Of a stretch of DNA of 64,000 nucleotides, positions 12,301 through 21,400 are shown in pieces. The translations under genes and the position numbers were made by a program. The notes under the pieces were generated by a model. It saw only the letters and a program-made list of their open reading frames with translations. It did not search any database and was not told where the DNA came from. How positions within the stretch are numbered: the first letter of the stretch is position 1; every line of letters starts with the position of its first letter. This DNA comes from Macrostomum hystrix. Its lineage: Eukaryota; Animalia; Platyhelminthes. The stretch is taken from positions 3,348,001-3,412,000 of the forward strand of contig CATNEN010000012.1 in the NCBI GenBank assembly GCA_950097015.1, in the 5' to 3' direction.

Positions 12301-13543
12301 CTAGTTTTTTCCAAGGACCGCTGGAAAAAGAAGGACGGGACGCTTCGTTTCTTGGAAAAAAAATTATTGGCAGATTTTCACGGAAAAAATGCACTGGCGA
12401 GATAGAACTTTTCACATGTTTCACATTCAAATGTTCGTGACTTTTATTGAAAGTAGATTCAATTCTGTTATTTTAATATATCTTGCAAAAGATGTTGCTT
12501 AAACGAATTTCTGAAAGCTTTATTCCTGAATAACTGATCTGCAATTTACTTTCATTTATTTATCGTGAAGCAAAATAGCTAGTCAAAAGCTATCTAGTGA
12601 CAAACTCAACTTTACTGTCACTTTCTAATCAAGTACGCTCGCATAAGAGATTGAGGCTGAATTTTTTCACTAAAAATGAGTAGGCTAAGCTATTGGCTAC
12701 CTTTATATCCGATTGGTTGCTATTGTGCTACTACTCGATCGATAAAAGACCCAATCGATAGGAGACCCGATCGATAAAAAGGCCAGGTCGATAGAAGACC
12801 CGATCGATAATAGACCCGATCGATAGAAGACCCGATCGATAGAAGACCCGATCGATAGAAGACCCGATCGATAGAAGACCCGATCGATAGAAGACCCGAT
12901 CGGATAGAAGACCCGATCGATAGAAGACCCGATCGATAGAAGACCCGATCGATAAAAGACCCGATCGATAGAAGACCCGATCGATAAAAGACCCGATCGA
13001 TAAAAGACTTTCTTAAATTAAAAAAAAACATTGCTTATATCTCGTAAGTTAATTGTGACACCGATTGAGCTATAATGGGTCTTCTATAGGTAGAGATTAC
13101 TGAATCGTGCAATCATAATTGAGCAAATGAGCTAATTGAGCAGTAAAGCTAAGAACTGGTTTCTTAGAAACGCAAAGAAATGGTCACCTGTGATGATTCT
13201 CATAATCGTCCAGCAGCAGGTGTGCAATCTCCTCGATGGTGTAGTTGGCCAGGATTCGCAGCGGGGCCCTGGTCTCCGAGCGCAGGCGTCGACCGAACGG
13301 CCTTGGCGGAGCAGCGGCAGGCGTCGCGGGATGCGAAGGTACGGCGCCGCTGGTCGTCACAGCCCAGCCGGTGGCGCCCCAGGGGGAGTCCTGGGCGACG
13401 GCCCCGCCGGTGGCGACACTGCCGCCAGGTGGCGTTGTTGACCGGGTGGAGGTAAACATCGTTGAAAAGTCTTCCGCTTTGCAGCTACTCATCAGGTGCA
13501 TGAGGAGCAGCCGTAGAAGCATGTTGAGAGGCTTTCGGTGCAT
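6391..13543 (-). CDS. Cys-loop ligand-gated chloride channel subunit (GlyR/GluCl-like); exons 13543-13188, 11610-11280, 10259-9864, 6873-6391 (521 aa)
   Basis: Signal-peptide-like start (MLLRLLLMHLMSSCKA; ATG at 13543 or 13522). Motifs: loop D ILLRQKW, loop A IWIPDLFF, Cys loop CPMQ|LWNFPMDTQLC, second loop-C Cys pair CLKAYNATGAFTC, anion-selective PAR before M2, M3 YIKAIDVWLFACLAFVVASLLEFA and M4. Junctions are canonical and phase-consistent. Confidence 0.95.
6895..7078. repeat. 10-bp repeat GAGTCAC(C/T)GA / GGGTCACGGA in receptor intron 3
   Basis: Direct tandem units, related to the 4925-5370 array. Confidence 0.9.
7250..7385. repeat. 33-bp repeat (GACTGAATCATTTTATCATTCAGTTCCCTGAT core), ~4 units
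   Basis: Direct tandem units. Confidence 0.85.
7845..8722. repeat. 21-bp minisatellite, two sub-types (CTAGATTCAGTTTCTGCTTA[GC] and ACAAACCTCAGTTTCTGCTTA)
   Basis: Direct tandem units; source of the 333-aa minus-strand ORF. Confidence 0.95.
9437..9680 (+). repeat. 16-bp repeat ATCGATCGGGTCTTCT
   Basis: Direct tandem units; inverted relative to 12735-13008. Confidence 0.95.
10575..11225. repeat. 33-bp minisatellite CTGGAGTGAGGTGGGTGTGTGGCTGTGATTGGT in receptor intron 2
   Basis: Direct tandem units. Confidence 0.95.
11676..11920 (+). repeat. 18-bp repeat GGGGCAACCTTCCAGTTT
   Basis: Direct tandem units; same unit as 16954-17165. Confidence 0.95.
12735..13008 (-). repeat. 16-bp repeat AGAAGACCCGATCGAT (reverse complement of the 9437 array)
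   Basis: Direct tandem units. Confidence 0.95.
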
Positions 13544-13697
13544 TGTCTTCCAGGCCAATGATTAACTAAAGTACTGGTTGATTTTTTTCTGCAGTTGCCT
13601 TCATCAAGGCTTGCATTTCAAATAGCTAATTGCGGAGTACACCAACAGCGATCCGGGGAGACCTGATTGGGCAGCAGCTTTAAAGCATCACTCACCG

Positions 13698-15720
13698 ATG
13701 GCTACCATTGGTTCACAGGCGTGAGTGACCCCTTTTTGCTGTTATACGGATCCAGTTGCGATTCTACGGATCCAGCTGCGATTCCAGCTACGGATATAGC
13801 TGCGATTCCAGCTACGGATCCAGCTGCGATTCCAGCTACGGATCCAGCTGCGATTCCAGCTACGGATCCAGCTGCGATTCTACGGATCCAGCTGCGATTC
13901 TACGGATCCAGCTGCGATTCTACGGATCCAGCTGCGATTCTACGGGTCCAGCTGCGATTCCAGCTACGGATCCAGCTGCGATTCTACGGGTCCAGCTGCG
14001 ATTCCAGCTACGGATCCAGCTGCGATTCTAGCTACAAAAGCTGCGGCTATATATGCGGGCTCTCCCACAATACCAGAATAGTTTCTAGTCTAGATTTTAT
14101 ATTTTTTTTATTTATTTTTTGTAATGTTTCTGTTTTGATTCAGAATAGTACAACGATTTTGATTTATTTGCATGCCTTAATTATTTGCTATTTATCGAAT
14201 TTATTTACTCATATTTATCTCCACGATTAGTATCCAGCCTATTTTCGAGACATTCGCGGCACTGACTACTGATGAGTAAACAGAAGGGGGCCGATGGACA
14301 GAACAGTTCGCTCTTGCGCTAAAGTCCACGAACTAAAGTCCACGATTCCGTGGTGAGGCCACATTCATTTGGGCCGCAGAGAGAAGGCTTGGCGACTTGT
14401 CGTGCAATTTATCATCATGTTTGCGCTCTCAGGGGCTAGCGGAACGGGCTGCTAGCCAACTATCACCAAACGATGCGCCTTCAGATTAGGCTTCAGATTG
14501 ATTGTCCAACAAACTGTGTACAAGCGTAAAATAGCGATGTTTATCGCACTCTGGCAAATAGAAAATCTCTAAAGGTTTTCACAGTCTCAGTGTACACTAT
14601 CGTCCCACCCTGCCCAGAATGTACATACCTCAGCCAATCAAGATGCTTTTCAAACAGGTTTTCATATAAAGCCTCGAGAGCCGCACAGCTTTAAGAGTCG
14701 GGCGCATGAACGAAAAAACACCGAAATCTTCCATAGCGGGCCTTTCAAACAGTTTTGCTCCATGCAGAGCTGGCTTTGCCCCTCGGATCGGCAGCTCCGT
14801 CTGCGCGCCTGCATCGCCCGGGGCTGGTCGACTCCGCGCTCCGCGGTGGCCAGCCTGACGTCGGCGGAGTGCGCCGCCATCAGCAGCGTCCTCCGGCGCG
14901 ACCGAGCGCTGCGGGTGCTGGACTGCGGCCGGGTTGGCCGAGCCGCTGAGCGCGTTGAACAGCTGCGGTTGGCTCAGTGCGGCGACGGCGAGGCCAGTTG
15001 TCGCCTGTGCGGCCTCCGCCTGCGGCACCGATGGTGGCGACCGTCCGGCGTGTGCGCCGACTGCGGCTTCCGGTTCTGCGACGCGTGTGCCGCGCCTCTG
15101 CCAGAAGCTGGGTGAGGAAACGTCGGATCTCAGTAAAATTAACAAACACCCAGCTTTCTTCTTTTCTTAGTCTTCTTCTTTTTTATTTTAGCACTTCGCC
15201 AGACAACGAGAGACACCGCCAAAAGTGCAATTGTAAGCACAGTCGAGGCGGCTGGCTGTGCAAGCTCTGCCGCGAAAGTCGCCTTCTGACAGCGAAGAGC
15301 GGCGCCTGGTTCCACCACCGAGATTGCGAGTCACTTATCTCCCCATTGGATGACAGCGAGTTGCCAGTAGGTAGCTTGTTGGAAACAGCCAATCAGGAGT
15401 CGCAACACAGCCCCGGCGAGGTGACGTCAGGGTATGACTCACTACACAGCCGGATCAGCTCGACCAATCGGAGCGGGACGCAGCAGCCGACAGAATCCGC
15501 CAATCCGATAACAGACACGTTAAGTAGAAAAGTGCGAAGCTATTTGGATCTGCAGTCGCAGCATATTGCGGCGCCTGGCGCAGGAGATGCCAATCAGCAT
15601 GGCAAGCTGAGCAGGGCTCGCAATAAAGCTATTATCAGGCGACGAAAGTCGGCCTCCTGCTCGCAGATTGGCCAGCTGAATCAATGCGAATATTTCCCAA
15701 CGGAATTAGAGGACGCTTGA
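13698..15720 (+). CDS. RPH3AL: Rabphilin/Noc2-like Rab3/Rab27 effector without C2 domains; exons 13698-13720 (proposed), 14737-15111, 15192-15720 (308 aa)
   Basis: WLCPSDRQLRLRA..GWS matches Noc2/rabphilin WVCPNDRQLALRA..GWS. FYVE-like Zn finger CRLC/CADC/CDAC/CKLC and the SGAWF Rab-binding motif are present. Intron 15112-15191 is canonical. The 23-nt first exon (MATIGSQ, donor GTGAGT) is less certain; the alternative start is ATG 14762. Confidence 0.85.
13745..14045. repeat. 20/24-bp repeat TACGGATCCAGCTGCGATTC(CAGC)
   Basis: Direct tandem units; nearly all contain CAGCTG. Confidence 0.95.
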
Positions 15721-15924
15721 AGCTGGACATTCTTATGTGTGCACTCCCTGTCCTTAATTATTGCCATGGTTTACAGAACATTGCGAACTATATTTTGCTT
15801 GCGTTTTACTAACCAATTCAATAAAACATCTATTGGTAGAAGCAGAAGGCTACTTTGATTTTCCCTCGACAGCCTTCCCTCTCCCTCTGAAGCTTTCGCC
15901 TTTTTCTTCTGATAGCCTTCCTCT

Positions 15925-16350
15925 TCCCTCATAGCCTTCTTCCCTCACAGCCTTCTTCCCTCACAGCCTTCTTCCCTCATAGCCTTCTTCCCTCACAGCC
16001 TTCTTCCCTCATAGCCTTCTTCCCTCACAGCCTTCTTCCCTCACAGCCTTCTTCTCTCACAGCCTTCTTCCCTCACAGCCTTCTTCCCTCACAGCCTTCT
16101 TCCCTCACAGCCTTCTTCCCTCACAGCCTTCTTCCCTCACAGCCTTCTTCTCTCACAGCCTTCTTCCCTCACAGCCTTCTTCCCTCACAGCCTTCTTCCC
16201 TCACAGCCTTCTTCCCTCACAGCCTTCTTCCCTCATAGCCTTCTTCCCTCACAGCCTTCTTCCCTCACAGCCTTCTTCCCTCACAGCCTTCTTCCCTCAC
16301 AGCCTTCTTCCCTCATAGCCTTCTTCCCTCACAGCCTTCTTCCCTCACAG
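15925..16350. repeat. 16-bp repeat CAGCCTTCTTCCCTCA
   Basis: Direct tandem units. Confidence 0.95.
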
Positions 16351-16953
16351 AATGGCAAATTATTTTTATCTAATACGCAATCAGACAACAGGAAACACAC
16401 AAAAGAGTCACAAAAAGTATTAATCATTTGACTTTAGCTTTCGCGCTTTGATTAACCGAACCATGACAATGTACCTTTATTTTGAACCATTATACATTCC
16501 TTTTCTAGTTTGCGAATCAAGCATACATACACAATTGTCGTTAAAATCTACAAACACGGGCTGCTCCTTGCTGTATAGTTAAAACCAGTGGACACCGGAC
16601 GACAAAAAAAAGACATTTTTGAAAAAATGGAACAAAAAATACAACGGGAATAAACAAAAAAGCAGAATTTTTGTGTTAAGACATCTAGTACTAACACACA
16701 TAGGAATGTAAACTTTTATTAGGGTTGCTGATAAAGTATTTGATTGGAAAATTTCGACAAATTGTGTTCGCCTTATTGCATAAGCAGTTTTCTAAATCAA
16801 TTGAACGTAAACGTTTAACGCCGTTAAACGTAAAGCTGTTTTCCAAGAAAAAAAGCAAAATATATTACTTTTAGAATGACACAAATTAAAAGTAACAAAA
16901 GCAAAGTGCTTGTGACCACACATTCATTACTGGAATGCAATAGAACAATTATT

Positions 16954-17165
16954 AACAACCTTCCAGTTTGGGGCAACCTTCCAGTTTGGGGCAACCTTTC
17001 AGTTTGGGGCAACCTTTCAATTTGGGGCAACCTTTCAGTTTGGGGCAACCTTCCAGTTTGGGGCAACCTTTCAATTTGGGGCAACCTTCCAGTTTGGGGC
17101 AACCTTCCAGTTTGGGGCAACCTTCCAGTTTGGGGCAACCTTCCAGTTTGGGGCAACCTTCTATT
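16954..17165 (+). repeat. 18-bp repeat GGGGCAACCTTCCAGTTT (second locus)
   Basis: Direct tandem units. Confidence 0.95.
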
Positions 17166-17674
17166 GGGCAAGTATACTGTCGCATTTTTTGTCTAAATTA
17201 ACTGCTTATTAAGGTCTTACACATTTTACTTTTTGAAAGCGAAATAAGTGCTTTTTAGTGCAGAATCGATTTTAAGAAATAAAATAAATTTGGGACCAAC
17301 AGCTACAAGAAATCTGTCCAAAAAAGTTCTACTCTAAGTGAGCACATTTTCTAAGCTTTCAAATTGCTTTCTGAATGAAGAAAAGTTATTGACATACATA
17401 CAATATTACAATATAGGCTGAAACGACTAGTGAGAAAAAATACAAACACAGTTCTAATGCACAACAAAAATAATTTGAACAAAAAATAGAGACAGCCGGG
17501 GGTACTTCGCATTGTGCAAAAATATTTCTTCTGTGCTGCGATATGCGTTGACATGCGTTTCTGCCAGGACAGGTATGCTGCCTTAGCTGCTCCCACTAAA
17601 GTTTTCCAGTAAATCTACCATAATAAAAATAATATTTACAAGAGGCCGTTGTCGGCGCTGACACTTCATTTGGA

Positions 17675-18362
17675 GATCTACCATCCTCATACCTGTAATC
17701 TACCATCCTATCACCTGTAATCTACCATCCTCACACCTGTAATCTACCATCCTCACACCCGTAATCTACAATACTCACACCTAAAATCTACCATCCTCAC
17801 AACTGTAATCTACCATCCTCATACCTGAAATCTACCATCCTCACAACTGTAATCTACCATCCTCACACCTGAAATCTACCATCCTCACAACTGTAATTTA
17901 CCATCCTCATACCTGTAATCTACCATCCTCATACCTGTAATCTACCATCCTATCACCTGTAATCTACCATCCTCATACCTGTAATCTACCACCCTCATAC
18001 CTGTAATCTACCATCCTCATACCTGTAATCTACCATCCTATCACCTGTAATCTACCATCCTCACACCTGTAATCTACCATCCTCACACCCGTAATCTACA
18101 ATACTCACACCTAAAATCTACCATCCTCACAACTGTAATCTACCATCCTCATACCTGAAATCTACCATCCTCACACCTGTAATCTACCATCCTCACAACT
18201 GTAATCTACCATCCTCATACCTGTAATCTACCATCCTCATACCTGTAATCTCCCATCCTCATACCTTTAATCTACCATCCTCATACCTGTAATCTACCAT
18301 CCTCATACCTGTAATCTACCATCCTCATACCTGTAATCTCCCATCCTCATACCTGTAATCTA
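17675..18362. repeat. 22-bp minisatellite ATCTACCATCCTCATACCTGTA downstream of PTP stop
   Basis: Direct tandem units with an internal 330-bp (15-unit) duplication (17761 vs 18091). Confidence 0.95.
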
Positions 18363-18416
18363 CACGTGTCTCCTAGCTCTATCGAGTTTATCCCCATTCA
18401 GCAATCATTAGCTGCC

Positions 18417-21400
18417 CTAATCCCTGTCTGGAGCCAATCGGCTAGCGGCAAAGTGACGCAGCGCTGTATGCAGAAATTCGTACTGCTCGTGCGACTGCAC
18501 CATGCCGCCGCGGTCTAGCCGAAGCTGGCAGAGCGTGGCCAGGCAGTCGCACTCGCCGCAGTCCAGCAGCTGCCTGATGCAGATGCACAGGGCGCAGAAG
18601 GCTCCGGTTCTGCCCAGGCCGGCGCTGCAGTGGACAACCAGGGGCCCAGCCAGCGTCAGGCACCGCTCGGCCAGGGGCAGAAGGGAGACGGCCGACTCTG
18701 GCGAGGTGTGATCCGGCCAGCTGCGGAACCACAGGTGCTCCAGCAGCAGCGGCGCGGAGCTGATGGACTCGTCCGAGTGCTGGCCGAATTAAAACAATTA
18801 ATGATTGATCAGTTATTTAGTGTTTTTGCTGCAATTTACCTACTGTTAGTACGTAGAATAGTGTATTTGTATTTTTTCATTGTATTTTGCTTACTCGACA
18901 ATCAAGCCACCAATCAGGTCTTACTTGTCGCTTCACCTCCTACGAAATCAATAATTTTCAAAAGCCTGTTGCTAACTTGTTCCTGTTACAATCCAAATGA
19001 CAATACTAACAAGCTAGACCTCTTTATTCAGTAGCTAGATCTCTTTAAGCAGTAGCTAGATCTCTTTAAGCAGTAGCTAGATCTCTTTATTCAGTAGCTA
19101 GATCTCTTTATTCAGTAGCTAGATCTCTTTAAGCAGTAGCTAGATCTCTTTATTCAGTAGCTAGATCTCTTTAAGCAGTAGCTAGATCTCTTTAAGCAGT
19201 AGCTAGATCTCTTTACTCAGTAGCTAGATCTCTTTACTCAGTAGCTAGATCTCTTTACTCAGTAGCTAGATCTCTTTAAGCAGTAGCTAGATCTCTTTAA
19301 GCAGTAGCTAGATCTCTTTACTCAGTAGCTAGATCTCTTTACTCAGTAGCTAGATCTCTTTAAGCAGTAGCTAGATCTCTTTACTCAGTAGCTAGATCTC
19401 TTTACTCAGTAGCTAGATCTCTTTAAGCAGTAGCTAGATCTCTTTACTCAGTAGCTAGATCTCTTTACTCAGTAGCTAGATCTCTTTAAGCAGTAGCTAG
19501 ATCTCTTTAAGCAGTAGCTAGATCTCTTTAAGCAGTAGCTAGATCTCTTCATTTAGGAGCTAGATCGCCAGATCACATCATTGTCAAGCCAGATCACATC
19601 ATTCTCAAGCCAGATCACATCATTCTCAGGCCAGATCCCATCATTCTCAGGCCAGATCCCATCATTCTCAAGCCAGATCCCATCATTCTCAAGCCAGATC
19701 CCATCATTCTCAAGCCGGATCCCATCATTCTCAAGCCAGATCCCATCATTCTCAGGCCAGATCCCATCATTCTCAAGCCAGATCCCATCATTCTCAAGCC
19801 AGATCCCATCGTTCATAAGCCAGATCCCATCATTCTCAAGCCAGATCCCATCATTCATAAGCCAGATCCCATCATTCTCAAGCCAGATCCCATCATTCTC
19901 AGGCCAGATCCCATCATTCTCAGGCCAGATCACATCATTCTCAGGCCAGATCCCATCATTCTCAGGCCAGATCCCATCATTCTCAAGCCAGATCACATCA
20001 TTCTCAGGCCAGATCCCATCATTCTCAGGCCAGATCCCATCATTCTCAGGCCAGATCCCATCATTCTCAGGCCAGATCCCATCGTTCTCAGGCCAGATCC
20101 CATCATTCTCAAGCCAGATCCCATCATCGTCAAGCCAGATCCCATCATTCTCAAGCCAGATCCCATCATTCTCAAGCCAGATCACATCATTCTCAAGCCA
20201 GATCACATCATTCTCAAGCCAGATCCCATCATTCTCAAGCCAGATCCCATCATTCATAAGCCAGATCCCATCATTCTCAAGCCAGATCCCATCATTCATA
20301 AGCCAGATCCCATCATTCTCAAGCCAGATCCCATCATTCAAAAGCCAGATCCCATCATTCTCAAGCCAGATCACATCATTCTCAAGCCAGATCACATCAT
20401 TGTCAAGCCAGATCACATCATTCTCAAGCCAGATCACATCATTCTCAGGCCAGATCCCATCATTCTCAGGCCAGATCCCATCATTCTCAGGCCAGATCCC
20501 ATCATTCTCAAGCCAGATCCCATCGTTCTCATTCGAATCCTACCGTCAGCCGCAGGAGACGCCGCTGGAATCCGTGCGAGTCGCCGGCTCCATTGTCGAG
20601 CTCGAGCAGCTCGGCGGTTACCTCGCCGTGCCTCATCTTGTCGCCGGGGTGCAGGGGGAAGTATAGCTCGCACTTTGGCCGCTCCCGCTCGACCAGGTCG
20701 GTGAGCATGACGATGGCGCTGGGCCGCTGCTCCCACACCATCTGCCAAAAGTCCGCGAGCGTCTCCGCTAGTGGGCCCTAAGGTTTTTACGTAAATAAAA
20801 ACTTAATTATTCTTATAATTAGGAATTAAGAGGATTATATTCTTAAGAACCTGTGTTTGTCAAAGTAGCCTTTCTCTCCCCTCGAACCCAGTAGCCTTCC
20901 TCTCTCCCCAGTAGCCTTCCTCTCTCCCCAGTAGCCTTCCTCTCTCCCCAGTAGCCTTCCTCTCCCCTCGAACCCAGTAGCTTTCCTCTCTCCCCAGTAG
21001 CCTTCCTCTCCCCTCGAACCCAGTAGCCTTCCTCTCTCCCCAGTAGCCTTCCTCTCCCCTCGAACCCAGTAGCTTTCCTCTCTCCCCAGTAGCCTTCCTC
21101 TCCCCTCGAACCCAGTAGCCTTCCTCTCTCCCAGTAGACTTCTCAAGCTTCCACCATAATACTTTCTCCCCAGTAGCCTTTCTCCCACCAGTAGCCTTTC
21201 TCCCACCAGTAGCCTTTCTCCCACCAGTAGCCTTTCTCCCACCAGTAGCCTTTCTCCCACCAGTAGCCTTTCTCCCAACAGTAGCCTTTCTCACACCAGT
21301 AGACTTTCTCACACCAGTAGACTTTCTCCCACCAGTAGCCTTTCTCCCACCAGTAGCCTTTCTCACACCAGTAGCCTTTCTCCTACCAGTAGCCCTCCAG

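Noticed and set aside
9437-13008. A single large TIR or foldback transposon capturing receptor exons
   Set aside because: Sequence outside and inside the two arrays does not match, no TSD was found, and the enclosed exons are essential parts of the host gene.
19553-20666. 294-aa and 361-aa ORFs (IWLENDG / QIPSFSS repeats)
   Set aside because: They are produced by the stop-free 21-bp intronic array, are open on both strands, and lie in a phase-consistent PTP intron.
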